A stretch of 64,000 bases of DNA. Origin: Trichodelitschia bisporula (taxonomy: Eukaryota). Position numbers and translations under genes: made by a program. Positions 36,581 through 50,199 of the stretch are shown in pieces. The stretch spans positions 631,933 through 695,932 of the forward strand of contig ML996692.1 in NCBI GenBank assembly GCA_010356995.1, read 5' to 3'. A model generated the notes under the pieces. It worked only from the letters and a program-made list of their open reading frames with translations. It made no database searches and had not been told where the DNA came from. Within the stretch, counting starts at the first letter, position 1; the number at the start of each line of letters is the position of its first letter.

Positions 36581-37728
36581 ATGTTCTCAATTGCGCGAAA
36601 CACAGCCTTACGGCAAGCCAGGACTCAACTGCGACCTTCCCAATTCACCTCTGTACCCCACCTCTCCGCCCTCGCCCGGTTACTGTCGTCGCTAGCGGTG
36701 CTGGAACAACGAAATGGAACGCTCAACACTTCTTCACTAGCCGCAGTTGTCGCTGCGCAGAAACTTGGAGGACCAGTGACTGCCTTTGTTGCCGGCAAGG
36801 CGGGCAAGGCGCTCGCTGAGCAGGCGGCGAAGGTCAAGGGCGTTGACAAGATAATATACGTGGAGAATGAGGCGTATGAGAGGGTACCGATTCCACACCA
36901 TTGCCTTTGGCTGTTGACCGCTGCTCTAACAGCAGATAGGGATTGCCGGAGAACTATGCGCCATTGCTGGCAGAGAACATCAAGAAAGGCGAATTTACAC
37001 ACGTACTTGCTGGTAACTCCGCATTCGGGAAGAACGTACTACCCCGGGTAGCGGCGTTGCTCGACAGCCAGATGGTGTCTGACATCATCGAGGTCAAGAG
37101 TGAAGATAGTAAGCTTGCCAGACTTGTTTTATAATGATCTAACCCTATAGCTTTCGTGCGCCCCATATACGCTGGCAACGCCATTCTGACTGTCCAATCC
37201 ACCGATGCGATCAAGCTTATCACGGTCCGCGGGACCGCATTTAACGGAGGCGAACCCGAAGGTGGCTCGGCGGAGGTGACAGAAGGTGTGGACCCCAAGG
37301 CGGAGAGCGTGTCGGAGTGGCTGTCAGAGGATCTGGCCAAGTCAGATCGGCCCGACCTGGCGACGGCTAGCCGTGTGGTGTCCGGTGGGCGCGGCCTCAA
37401 GTCGAAAGAGGGCTTCGACAGTCTTATGCAACCGCTGGCCGATGCCTTGGGCGCAGCAATTGGCGCATCGCGGGCGGCCGTCGACAGCGGCTTCGCCGAT
37501 AATAGCTTGCAGGTCGGACAGACGGGCAAGAACGTGGCGCCGCAACTGTACCTATCCGTGGGTATTTCGGGCGCCATTCAACATCTGGCGGGTATGAAGG
37601 ACAGCAAGGTGATTGCTGCCATTGACAAAGACCCCGATGCGCCTATATTCCAGATCGCTGACGTGGGGTTGGTGGGGGATCTGACCAAGATCGTGCCGGA
37701 ACTGACAGAGAAGCTGAAGAAAGCCTAA
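36581..37728 (+). CDS. AIM45: Electron transfer flavoprotein alpha subunit, mitochondrial
   Basis: [28 protein letters not shown] and [32 protein letters not shown]; introns ~36884-36938 and 37109-37150. Confidence 0.95.
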
Positions 37729-38238
37729 ACGATTGGACTGCGATTTTGTATATACCCTTTGGAGATAATCTATACACTAGACTAAGGTCGATTGGGATGA
37801 TGGTGGGGCAACCGCTTTAGTGTTTTGTGATTATCGTGGGCGACTGCGGGGTTGCTATCTCCATCAGGTGGTGGCGCCAGCTTGAACTGGTGTGGGCATA
37901 TCGTGCGCTACGGCGCAGATGAGCGGCATGCATAGGCTAGATCTGGGACTAGCTCTACCGTATCTTCAGTAAGCCGTCATTTAAGCAATCATCCTGACCA
38001 ACAATGCTTGGTCAAGATGAAAAGATGCATCAACCCCCATTCCGCTGCATCGCCTTGCCTCGCCTTTTGTCCTCCGCCGTCTCCTTCCCCGTTTTGATTT
38101 CTTTGTTGAGCGAGCGTCTTCCGTGCCGGCTGGCTTCCCGACTCTCACCTGCCATGTCGTGGAAATACTCGAATAACCACCACCTCTTCTGTCCACGACC
38201 GTCGAGGCTAGCCTCGTCGAGTGCATGGTGCCTGCTCA

Positions 38239-40691
38239 ATGGCTGACGCAAGCACATCCCCATCCCACTCCCCCGGCCGCAGAGATGAACAAGCTGGCCT
38301 CGTCTTCCCGCCTCTGGCGAAGCCGCAGCGGTCGATTAACAGGTCGCCGCAGGGCGAGCCAGAAGTGCGGCAGTGGTGGAAGTTCCGCATGAGAGGGCAG
38401 AATGATGATGGTGATGTGGATTGGTGGTTCGCATCTACGGCCATTCCGCTCATTGCTGCGACGGTGGCGCCGCTGGCGAACGTCTTGTCTTTAGCCGCAC
38501 TGGTGACGTACTGGAGGATGGATCTGCGGGATGCGCAAGGAAAAGATTTGCCTCAACTGTCTGGTATTCCATTTAAAGATCCCAAATGGTGAGTATGGGA
38601 GTGGTCGTGTGCTCTTCGGCGGTCGTTACTATGCAGAGCTAATGTCATGATGGTAGGTGTTATTGGCCGAATGTGGCGTCTCTTATATGTGGATTTGTGG
38701 GCAATATCTTCCTCCTGTTCAACTTTACTGGACGGATCCGGTACATCATAGCGTTGCCGATGACCATCATAATGTGGTACATCTCCACAGGAATCGTAAG
38801 TTGCCCGATAATGAAATGGTGAAACTGACAGTAGCAGCTCATCTCCCTCACCATATGCATGCACCTATACATACCGCCCATCGCACCATATCAGACCTAC
38901 ACTCAAGGTTTCTGGTATGCAGTCATTGCCGCTATCCTGTATCTCATCTGCTCCATGCTACTCATGGTCAACATGCTTGGTTACGTCCTCGGGCATTACC
39001 CGCAGCACTTCAACCTGACCGACCATCAACGCACCCTCATCATCCAAACCATGCTCTACTTCGTCTGGCTTGCCGGTGGTGGCGCTATATTTGCGCACAT
39101 CGAGTCGCGCTACCAAACCAACTCCATGCCTTGGGCCTTTGTCGACGGCGTGAGACTTCTCCCAGTCATACAAACTAACGAAAGCTAACTCCTCCAGCTC
39201 TATTTCTGTGACGTCACCGTCTTCACCGTCGGCTTCGGCGACCTCTATCCGATCGACAACCTAGGCCGGGGTCTTGTATTCCCTTTTTCCGTAGGCGGGG
39301 TTATCATGCTCGGTCTTGTCGTAAGCTCTATCTGCAAGTTCGCCGTCGAAATCTCCGAAATCCAGGTCGTACGCAAGCACATCGACCGGAAGCGCACGCA
39401 AACACTCGAGCGTACCCAGAGCTCTGAAGTCTCCAACAACCACAGAGCGCCCTTCGGCCTGCTCAACATCTCTTCCCCGTTTAATCCACAGCCCCTACAG
39501 CATGCCGCGGCAGCCATCTCTCCTCGCAGCCATCGATCCCACCGTACGGCCTCATCACCCCGTACACCGGGTCAGCCCTACCGCCGACGGTCCTCAGTCA
39601 TGCCAGGCATGCTGAAGCTGACAGATCTGCGCGAGGCGGTTTTCCAATCGCCGAAACTAGAACAACTCAGCGAAGAGCGTGACAAGTTCCTCGCGATGCG
39701 CCACATCCAAGCATCAACCGCACGCTACAAGCGCTGGTGGCGCCTAACGCTCTCCATCTGCGCCTTCGGAATCCTGTGGGCGGTCGGCGCCGTCGTATTT
39801 TGGCAGTGCGAGCGGCACATCCAGGGCATGACGTACTTCCAGGCGCTGTACTTTTCTTACGTCTCGCTGCTGACGATCGGTTACGGCGATCTGGCGCCCA
39901 AGAGCAATGCGGGCCGCTGCTTCTTCGTCGTGTGGAGCCACATCGCGGTGCCTACGATTACGCTGCTGATTCAGGACCTGGGCAACACGATTATAGACTC
40001 CTTCAAGAAAGGCGCGTTTCGGGTCGCTGACTTTACCGTCCTACCTAAGGCGGGCGTTTGGCATGACTGGCTCACCCAACATCCCAAGCTGCTGCGTTGG
40101 CTGAAGGAGAAGCGCGATGACACGGCGCGGAGAAAGCGCCTGAAGGAAGGGATGACGTATCCTTCGCCGGATGAAGCGGGGCCCCGCACCGACGAGGTGC
40201 TGAACCCGAGTCTTCGCGCACTGGAGAGGCAGATGGAGGCAGACGACGTGTGCGAGCCGAGCGAGGAGCAATTGGCGCGGCAGCTAGCGCTGGCGATCCG
40301 GGCGGTCGCAGGGGATCTGATGCTGGAGCGGGAGAAGCGGTATACGTACGAAGAATGGGCGGAGCTGACGAGGTTGATTCGGTTTACTTCGCATACTGCC
40401 AATACGGTGCGGAGGGAGGAGGACGAAGAAGGGTTGGTGGAGTGGGACTGGATCGGCGTGGATTCGCCCATGATGTCTACTCAGAGCGAGCCTGAGTTTG
40501 TGCTTGATCGGCTTTGTGAGAGCTTGAGGAGGTATATGCGGAGGGTGGAGGGGGAGAGGAAGATGGAGAAGGAGGGGTTGAGGAGGGAGAGTGAGAAGGG
40601 TAGGGGACATGGTTTCGGTGAGGGAGGACGCGGGCGGGATTATGTGTTTGGGGAGGGGAGTAAAAGGAATGAAGAGCTGCAAGATACCTGA
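38239..40691 (+). CDS. TOK1: Outward-rectifier two-pore-domain potassium channel (TOK1 family)
   Basis: DWWFASTAIPLIAA, two pore loops (FTVGFGD and LTIGYGD), LTDHQRTLIIQT; three introns. Confidence 0.92.
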
Positions 40692-41027
40692 TGGAAGCAT
40701 ATATAGTTGGAGTACTCGGCTGAGAATATCGGCCTCGGGGGGATGATGGTTATGATAGCCGGATGGATCTTTAGGGGATTTGGCGTTTGGGCTTTGGAGT
40801 ATTGTGTGAGCTTCGGCATCTGGCAATGAGACAATGTCTTCAGAGCCATCCCCTCCTCGTCTAAATGAGCTTCGATGTCTATCTTCCATCAGGGGAAAAT
40901 CTAGAGCAGTAGTGTACATGCGTAGCGAAGATCAAAGTCGCACTAAGCCCTTCCGGTATGCCCATACCACATTACATAACCCGCCAACCTCGTCCCGTCA
41001 TCTAATCATTCGACATGTAGCCAGCCA

Positions 41028-41939
41028 TTACTTCGTTTCATGCTTCTTTTCCCCGGCCAGATCTGCAGGGCTTGCTCCCTTACCCGCAGCGCCTTCCACG
41101 CTTTCTTTCTTCCTGTCTTCGGCAATCGCATTCTCGACCTGCTCCACCGCCCGCTCGATTTCCACCGCCATATCGGGCAGGCCAAATCTCTTCGCAAGCA
41201 ATACCCCATTCCACCGCCTTATGAGCATGGTATCTCTCTCCTCATCAACATCCGTCCGCATCCCCTCCACCACCTTCATCACCTCGCTTATATCGCCCAC
41301 ATTCTCCCCCACCTCCTCTGGCGTTGCATGCTTCAATCCCAGCGCATATGCCTCATCCAGCTGCGGCTCCGGCACCGGCTCAACCATGCCATTCTCGACC
41401 AGGAACTCGAGATGGCGGGCTCCAGAGAATGCGCGCCAGTGCGACCACGCGCGGAACAGCAGGTAGAACCCCGGAATATTAGGGATGATGGGGACGAGGG
41501 CGAAGGGTAGCGTCAGCGGTGCACCGATGAGGCTGTACACAAGGCGCTGGCGGTGAAGCGGCTGGCGGCTCGTCGCAATGGTATGAAGCGTAGGGAAGAC
41601 GCGTTTAGCGGGTAGGAAAGAGGGCGGGAACAAGACCGGAATCTTGGGTGGTGGTTCTGCGTCCGACCCGTCGAGGATTTTAGACCGGCGCGACGAGGAG
41701 AGCGAGGGAATGGTCTTCAGGCCCCATTCTTCAAAGGGGATTCGCCGGAGCGCTGCATTGCCGTAGACCGTGAGCTGCTTCTTCCATCCTGAGGGCGCGC
41801 GCTCGAATCTGGCCCAGGTTTCGCTGGCTTTGGTGGTTAACCGGTCGACGTAGCTGCGGGTGTGGTGGGGGCTTGGGGGCGGGCGCTCGCAGTAGATGAG
41901 GGTGCGGCGGGCGGAAATGGGGAGGAGGAAGAGGCGCAT
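41028..41939 (-). CDS. Mitochondrial K+/H+ exchange-related protein (Mit_KHE1 / Ydl183c-like)
   Basis: MRLFLLPISARRTLIYC, RIPFEEWGLKTIP and PFALVPIIPNIPGFYLLFRAWSHWRA motifs. Confidence 0.8.
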   Translation of the reverse strand: MRLFLLPISARRTLIYCERPPPSPHHTRSYVDRLTTKASETWARFERAPSGWKKQLTVYGNAALRRIPFEEWGLKTIPSLSSSRRSKILDGSDAEPPPKIPVLFPPSFLPAKRVFPTLHTIATSRQPLHRQRLVYSLIGAPLTLPFALVPIIPNIPGFYLLFRAWSHWRAFSGARHLEFLVENGMVEPVPEPQLDEAYALGLKHATPEEVGENVGDISEVMKVVEGMRTDVDEERDTMLIRRWNGVLLAKRFGLPDMAVEIERAVEQVENAIAEDRKKESVEGAAGKGASPADLAGEKKHETK

Positions 41940-42578
41940 TGTGAGTGAGATGGTGTGTGTGTGCGCGACTACGGCGAGGGAGCCATCAGTAGGATGAATT
42001 GCTGGCGGGGTGTAGAGATGTGGTGGATGTGCCTCTCTTTGGGAGAAGCAACAGAAGGTAAGTAGCTGGGTGAAGTTGGCAGTAGAAAATAGGTACGTAG
42101 TAGAACTAGCTTAGAGTAGTGACTGGGATAGTGTGGGATAGTAAAGTAGATCCTTAGCTTCATTCCACCAAGCTTCATCATGCAGTCTACCTAGCTGCCT
42201 CGTCAACCCCCACGTGTGCCCTGGCCCAGATCTTCTCTGCCACCCTTGACGTCAGCACCCGCCTCAACCTTGCTGCTCCAGCCACACCTTGATCCGTTCT
42301 CATCTCCGCCACGAAACGCCCAGAACACCGCCAAGCTCTCCGCTCCGCGGGTCTGCCTCACCCATCTCATCGGACGTTTGAAGCCCATTCCTGAACCCAT
42401 CATCGTGACGCGTCCTCTCCCAACCCACCCACATTCACCGCCAACCCCACACTCCCCGACAACCAATTCACCCCCCCGAAAACAATGCCGCGCTGACCAA
42501 GCCCCGCGCGCGCCATTCATTCCTCCCCCTCCCAAGCGCGCGCGCCGTCAGCCTCAACCCCCAACACCACGCACATCG

Positions 42579-43695
42579 ATGGCCAACCGCGTACGCACCA
42601 TTCCGCCTTACGTGCGCTCCTTTGACGACACCGATCACGATGATCAAGACTTCTCCTCCCCTCCGCGATCACTCACCTCCTCGCGCGGAGCCTCGAGCGC
42701 GCCGCCGGGCAGCGCGTCGGCGTCCATCCCCACGCCGCGCGCGGCCGCACTACACATCCCGGGCTTAGGACGGGGGCACCGCGGTTCGACGCCGGGCCGA
42801 CGATGGGATCACATGCGTACACGCGAGCCGCCTATCATCACAACACCGTTTTTGGAGTATGGCACGCGGTGGCGGAGTTTCGTTGGCCCGGTAACGGGAG
42901 GGCCGGACGTGCGGCGGATTACACCGCTGGAGGTGGAGAGGGCGAAGGAGTTACTGGCTCGCTATGATCGGCAGGAGATGGAGGTGGTGGGTGGGAAGGA
43001 GGAGAGTGGGGTAAGAAGGAGAGGGTTCGTCCGGGGTCTTAAAGTATGTGCTTTTGAGAGAGGAGGGGGGGGGAGGGGGTGCTATATGCAGGGCTGGTTT
43101 CTTTGTCCGACCGATCAGGCATCGTTTTTCAGCCCGCGCACATCACCGCTCCAGCCCGTCGCGAACAGTAGCTAACGTACCGCAGCGCACACTCCTACGC
43201 AGCGCCTGGGTTCCGCTCGCCTTCCGCATCTCCGTCCTAGTCTTCTCGGCCCTCGGTCTCGGTCTCGGAGCGTCCATCTTTAATCAACTGGCGACAAACA
43301 ACAGCCGTAACGAAAAGGGCGAGGTGTGTAAAAAGGGTGGATCGACGTACCTTGCCGTCATAGTGGACACTATCGCGATCCTGTACACGCTGTTCATCAG
43401 CTACGATGAGTTTCGCGCACCGCCCATTGGCGTACGCCATCCTGCAGCGAAGCTACGCCTTACCCTCCTCGATCTCCTATTCATCATCTTCGGTGCTGCG
43501 AACCTCTCCCTCGCCTTTCAGGCCCTCAAGGATCCAGACTGGGTATGCACAGAGTCTGGGGACTGTCCACGTCATGGTTACATCTGTGGCTACCAGAAGA
43601 GCCTTGTCAGCGTGCTGCTGATTGCTCTCATTGCTTGGCTGTTGACTTTCATTGTGTCCCTTTGTAGGTTGGTCTATAGAGTGTCAGACCGCTGA
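42579..43695 (+). CDS. Srf1-like regulator of phospholipase D (disordered N-terminus plus 4 TM)
   Basis: MANRVRTIPPYV.., intron 43044-43185 (GTATGT..GCTAAC..CAG), VPLAFRISVLVFS, YDEFRAPPIGVR..KLRLTLLDLLFIIF..NLSLAF. Confidence 0.75.
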
Positions 43696-43857
43696 CTGCG
43701 GCATAATCCTTATTCTGTAAAATAACGACTTTGACGACACCCGAGCGCTTGACTTAGACACGCAGATAGAGAAGGCCATAGGGTCTTGGATCAATCTGCA
43801 CAATCACATACAATGTCCATTGGAAAAAGAGCTATCCACGCCCCTCTCGATTACCGT

Positions 43858-46800
43858 CTAAAAACCTCTCATCAGCTCCTCGAACGTAATCGGCTTCCGC
43901 ACCGCGTTCGAATAGCCCTCATTGAAACTGACCCAAATCCTGTCCTCCCCCTTTGAACTCCCCGGCCGCTTCCGCCCCTCTGTGCCCTTGCTCGCCCCTT
44001 CCTCAACAACCAACCTTCCAAAAAAGTCCCTCACCGCCTTCCCTGTCTTCTCGACAGCCACTTCCTCCTTCTCCCCCGCGTCCCCTTTGTCCCCCCTCAT
44101 ACGCGCTATCCGACTCTCCTCCCCCTTCTTCGCCCCCTCCTTCCGCCACTCCATCTCCAGCACCTGCCGAACCGCATACCTAACACCCTCACTCGCCTGC
44201 CCACCACCCTTCAGCGTGTCGAAACCCCCCACCGCATCCACTGCCGGCTCCATCCTCAGCACCCACCCCGCCCCCCGTCCCTGCGCATCCTGCTCCACAC
44301 GACTCTTCTCAAACCGCAACCCCGTCGCCACCATGCAATTCACAGCCCGCAGCACAAGCGCCTTCTCCGCCGCTCGTCGAACCGCCGCCGTCGCACCCTT
44401 GTACCCCGCACTCGCACTTTGGACCACAACGGGCTTAACATCCGGCGCCAGGATGCGCATGATATACGGGAGGAGTTCGGTGGCGAGCAGGGCGGGGGAG
44501 CGGTAGGTGCGGGCGAGGGGTGTGGAGAGGCCGGCGTGTAGCGCGGATAGCGTTGCGGCATGGGCTTTTTGGTGCTCGGAGGCGGCGAAGGCGGCGCCGG
44601 GCCCGGTGAAGGGGCTGGTTGGAGGCGCTTCATCGGTGGGTTCATCTTTTGCGTATCGGTGGTGGGCGGTGGCGGGGGTGGCGAATAGGGCGTGGAAGGC
44701 GAGGATGGGGGTGCTGAGGTAGGGGAATAGTTCCCATTCTTGGCCTGTGTGTACGTTCTTGGAGAGGATGTCGTGGAAGTGGAGCCAGTCGTAGGCTTTG
44801 GTGGGCTTGGTGAGGAGGGTGTCGTCTTGGATGGGTTGGGTGGGGTAGGAGGTGAAGCAGTCTGGTGATGTTAGATGTGGAAAGGGGGAGGAAGAGGAGG
44901 AGGGACGTACCACTCATGATGCGGTCGGTGTCACCGCTCGTCTCGATCATTTCTCGCAAGCGCTCCATCGCGTTCCGCTTCGTTGCTTCTGCGACGCCGA
45001 TGACGCCGTTGGTCTGCTCCATTCCGTGGATCTTGGGCTGTGAGCTCCGCGCATCAAGCGCTTTGGAAAAGCCCGCGCCCTCCTTGAAAACGCGCTCCAT
45101 GACGTCCCTCGCTCCACCGTGACCAAGGCTGCGAGTCGCCCCGCCTCCAGGAGCCAGATCGTTCAGCAGGTGTTCCTCTATCCACCTCCGGGTCAGACGT
45201 AAGGATTTTGCAGTTGATATCCGCATGGAAGCCCGCAGTTTCATGGCCACCCACTCGCCCACGACCATCACGCTGCGGATGTCACCTTCGTTGGCACCGG
45301 CGCCGACACCGCCCTCTTTCTTGCTGCTCACGCCCCAGGTTGCCTCGCAGAGACGGCGGACGCCATCGGTGTCGCTGGGGATACCTTCCTTTTCGAAAAT
45401 GGCGTGCATGCGGGAGACGATCATGTTAAGGGGCGGCTTGCGGATGTGAACAATCTCCGCGGCGGAGCTCTGTCGCAGAGGCCGCAGAGACGGGTGGTAG
45501 ACATCATTGCAGATGAGGATGAGGGGCCGCAGCAACCGGAATTTGTCCCGCTTCTTCTTCTTCGACGTTGTGGAAGCAGACGGCCCGAGAGTCGAGTTCT
45601 TCTGGTCAAGCGCCACGAGATCAAGCAGGGCCTTGATGAACCCTCCTTCCCCGCCGCCGCCGCTGCCGGAGACCACGCCGTCGACTTCGTCCACGATGAC
45701 GCAGACAGGCTTCCCGGCTTTGCGAACATTGCCGTCGGTCGTTTTGACATCGATGCCCCGGACATTCTCCGTAGCAACCATGTCACGAATCCGTCCACGG
45801 ACAACATCCCGGCTGCGCTCGTCACTGGCATTGATCTCCTGAACCTCGTAACCCGCCTGTCTGGCGCATACGTGGGCCAGGGTAGTCTTTCCCAAGCCGG
45901 GCGGTCCAGTCAAAAGCAGAATCTTCTTCTGCTGGTGATCGTCGTTGCCCTCAAAGCCTGCTTTGAAACTCTTCGGCTTTGGCTTCGATGATCCCGGAAA
46001 GACGATCGGATCCCAGGTTTTGAGCCAGCGCAGGACGGATCGATGGGTGCGCTCGTCTCCGACGAGATCTGTGAACTTGCGAGCCCGGTATTTTTCCGTC
46101 CACATGGGAGTCCGGTTCTTCTTCCCAGCGGGGAGGGGTTCTTCCACGGTTGGGAGGGGTTCGGGTTCCACGACGGCAGCGATTGCGGCGTTGACTTTAT
46201 CCTCGGCAGCGTTTTCTTCCAGCAGCTGATGGATGTCAACGCCATAGTAGCTACGACGGGCCTTACCGTCCACTGCGGTAGAGCGGGAGGCAACGAGCTG
46301 CTCGAAGGTGATCTTGGGACCAGTCCTACGCGTACCGACGTAAACGGATTTCCCAGCACACGTTCGAATCATCAGTGGTCGCTTGGAGGGAGGAGCATTT
46401 GTCATAGCACTTGGTCCAGAAGGAAGGTCAGGTTCGACATCCTTGCTCACATCAGGGGGCTGGGTATTTTGGCTACCGCCCGCGATATCCTCAAAGGACA
46501 AAAGTCCGCTGGGAAGTGCTGAGGCATTTGGGGAGACGGGAGTGAGCCTGTCATGGGCCTCTGTTCCTTTACTCCCGTTCGTGGCGGCGAACAAGGAACC
46601 GCCGAGGGATTTGAAAGTTGATGGTAGAGTCAAGGTTGCTGTGCTAGGCTTCTTGTGTATGGGATGAGGCAGTTCATCTTCGTCGTCGGAATCGACGAGA
46701 AAAGCTCCTATCCGAGCATTGCCAGTGCTCTTCTTGAGGGGACTCCGCTCACCGACTTTGCGTCTCTTGCGGGGGGTGTCGGCGGACGGCGAAGATGTAG

Positions 46801-47223
46801 CCGGAAACTGTAGCGGTGACGAAGGTACCGGCATGGCTGCTAGCGGTGGAGAAGATGGCAGAGAGCCAAAACACTTTGGCATCAATGACGGAATAGCAGA
46901 GGGTCTGGCGCGTGGTTTGATAGGCGTGTCTGGCGCGCGTTAGCATGGAGGATGACGGGATGACGGACGCGCTCACCAACTTCGTGGAATTCGTCGCTCA
47001 AGAAAGGAGCTAATGGAGGCCAAAAACGATATTGGATTACGACACCGTTTCTCGTGTCCTCGGCTCGAACGTCTCTGATATGGTCGTGGAGGATACGAAG
47101 GTCGTCAGAATCGGGGAGCCTGTTAGACGCGTCTGGTACGTGTTCGGCTTCGGCTCCGGCTTCGGAATGGAGGTGAATGGCGGGATCAAAGGAAGAAGGG
47201 TAGTCGATTGGAGACAGAGGCAT
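43858..47223 (-). CDS. CTF18: Chromosome transmission fidelity protein Ctf18 (alternative RFC large subunit)
   Basis: MWTEKYRARKFTDL, GPPGLGKTT, EINASDER, DEVDG, C-terminal WVSFNEGYSNAVRKPI. Probable first exon MPLSPIDYPSSFDPAIHL from 47223; introns 46930-46976 and 44862-44910. Confidence 0.93.
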
Positions 47224-48211
47224 TAAGACCGTACAGCGTACAATGAGATGTGAATATGCATGGCAACGAAGCAGTAGCAAGATACGATGAAGTTTTTGGT
47301 TATGGTGGTTGAAAATCCCCCTCCAAGCTACGGAGGGACAAAGGCCATTACGGTAAAGTCGACGACGCGCCCTGCACAGGACGCGAAGCGCGTTGATTGC
47401 CAAGTCAAAGGGACAAGGGCTAACCCTGACCCCACGTCCATGCCATGGCGCGCTTACCTAATACCGGCGAGCTGCATTCGCGCCATTGCGCCATGGCGCC
47501 ATTTGTACTGCTGTGCCACTCTCTCTCGCCACAGTGCCACAGGTTGTTTCAAGCCACTGACATATCAGGAAACAAGGATCTCCAGGCCAGTCCCAGTCCC
47601 AAGGGCTACCCCGAAAAAAGTCATGACCTCCCTCCTCCAAACTTTGGCTGAGGTCTAGTCGCGGGTGTTGAAAAGACTTTTTCGATCAGCCCTTGGTCCA
47701 TCACCCCCCCCCCCCCCCCAGTCTGCCAGTCCAACTTTATGCAACTTGGTCACTCAATTGGCAGGGGACGACGGGGGCAACATGTCGAAGGGGAACGGGG
47801 GGGAGAGCGGAGAATCTATGAACAACCACTCTCGGACTTGAGAGACTGCCGTCACTGCCCATGTCTACTCTCATCTCCCATCGAGCCACACCCGTCATGA
47901 CCCCAAGGCCCTCCTTCTTCCATCTCATCTCACCCATAGCTTCTTCTACTACTTCAAATATCCATCTTCCATCGCCATCATCAGCTTAGACCTTGCTACC
48001 ATCCTTACCCTTCTCTATTACATATGCGCTGTGCTCCGGATCGTCACAGTAGCTTCCATCTGCCGCATGGGTCACTGGCTCAATAATCTCGTCTACTACC
48101 GCGATTTTGGCTACCCAAATACCAATCGCCGCATCGTCCAGATGTCTACCGGTAGCAATCACAACATCGGTGAAGCGGCTGCAAAGACATTTGCCGAGTA
48201 CGTTTGTCAAG

Positions 48212-49436
48212 ATGAGCACCGAAACCCTGGCCTCTGGTATGTATGCTGAGGAATTGCGCGAAAGGCTCCTCTCCGGTCCCATCGTCGATATATACGTAGG
48301 CGCCGATAAGCGCCTATGGTCGCTACACCGCAACCTTCTCTCCTACCACTCCGAGTTCCTTCGGGCCGAACTGCAGCATGCGGCGCAAAGCGTTGAGGAG
48401 AACGGCACCTCCAAGTCCAGCCATGGCACCCTCCGACTCGACCTTCCCGACGAGGCTCCCGAGGGCTTTGAGCTGCTGGTGAAGTGGCTATACCAGGGCA
48501 AGCTGGACGACGTTTCGAGCATCTCCGACGACACAGAGAAGTACCAGTATGCCGTCGCGTGCCAGAAACTGCATTTGCTGTGCGATCGCTTCGATCTGCC
48601 CAAGTTGAAGAACATCGCCATGGACCAGTATCGCAAGGGCTTGCACGCCGCTGGACTCGTCCCAGATGCGAGCGAACTCAATGACATCTACCGGCGAAGC
48701 CCCGAGTCCTCGCCTTTTCGTCGCTTGATGGTCAAGATCGCGGCCCGTCAGCTCATGGATCCGGAGGGCGACAAGGAAGCCGATAGCTATCGGCAGTGCT
48801 TCGAGGAGAACCCCGATTTCGTCGTCGATCTAATCAATGCGATAAAATGGGGCTCTGGCGGTATCCTCTTTGAAGATCCCACCGAAGGGCAAAACTGCGA
48901 CTACCACGACCACGACAGCGGGCCAAACTGCCACGACCGGAACAAAAAGAAGCTAGGTAAATAGGCCGCATATCATTACTCCTCCCCCCCCCCCTTCCCC
49001 AACCAGCCACCACCCACCGCCCCCGAGCACCTAGCAGAGGGACAACTTAGTAACGCGTATCAACGTCTTGCTTAAAGACATCAGACCAGGGTCGCGCTCG
49101 CCACCCCCTTCTCCAACTCCACGGTCCGGGCGCCAGTCGCCTTCTCAACCGGCGCAAGTCAATGGCCTTGCTGAGTCTAGCGGCAAGCTCCATAACGGAG
49201 GAGCCCGAAGCCCCAGCTCTCACGGCGACAACGAACGGCGAGACGGCAGCAGTTATGCTACTCCCGGCTCACCCAAGCACGCCACCTCCCCACCCAGCTC
49301 GGTCGCGAGCACTCCTACCCGCCCCTCCACTGCGCGGAAGTCAAAGCCTCCAAAACTTCGGCGTCGCAAGTCCGTGGACGACTCCGGAGATGTCGCCCAA
49401 GATGGCGGCCCCGTCGTCGGCCCCTCAGGGGAGTAA
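48212..49436 (+). CDS. BTB/POZ domain protein
   Basis: GPIVDIYVG..WSLHRNLLSYHSEFL..LDLPDEAPEGFELLVKWLYQG; probable intron 48957-49077 to a Ser/Pro-rich last exon. Confidence 0.85.
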
Positions 49437-50199
49437 ACGGTACAAGATGATTTGGGATTGGGCTCTTGTGGGACATCGGACAGGGTGAGGGTTTGGCGTT
49501 GTGAGGGATGGGAATATTTCGGGGTCAGGCTTGAATTTGTGCTGGGATATCCACTTGGGCTTGGTATCATCACTTTGTGCTACTTCTTCGGGCATGTAAC
49601 ACTCTGGGCCAGAAACGGTTGGAAACGGTATTACGGCGTAGACTGACAATGCTTTGTACTATCGTCAATCGCTTAATGGCGCAATACGCCTTTGTCTTTC
49701 ATCTGTCACGTTGTTGACCTGACGTCCAGCCAAGCCACCTTCCGCAATAATTGGAACACAGGGTATCAGGGACAGAGTAGAACTAGTACCGCCGCTGCTC
49801 CATTGCCCAGAGTTCAACGGCCAACCCTTTCGGGCAAGGCTCTCGAAGTACCAGAACGCCGTTTCACTCCGCCAGTTTCACATAAGTTAGCCCCGCATGC
49901 TCCTTCCCGACTGGACCAGACTGACGGGAAGGTCCGGGGAACGGTCACGCACGAGGTACATCATTCCCGCCGCAAACAAAGTAGATTACTCTCCGCCTTT
50001 TGAAAGGAAAACACCTCAACCCTCCCATGCGGGGTATACATGGGAAAAGAAATGCCACAAAACGAGCCACGCAGGTAGTGACCGACGGTCCTGATGTATT
50101 ACCAGTGGTATGCCATGCATCATCAAGCTTGAGCACCACCACACTTGGAATTCTCCGATGCCATGCGCCCCCCAATTGGGCTTCACAACTTGCCCGTGC

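Noticed and set aside
43693..43725. Stop-codon readthrough of the Srf1-like gene (TGA CTG)
   Set aside because: Not the TGA-CTA motif, and the extension (LRHNPYSVK) has no targeting signal.
47704..47719. C16 homopolymer
   Set aside because: Simple sequence in the CTF18/BTB divergent promoter with no further structure; its length may be unreliable.
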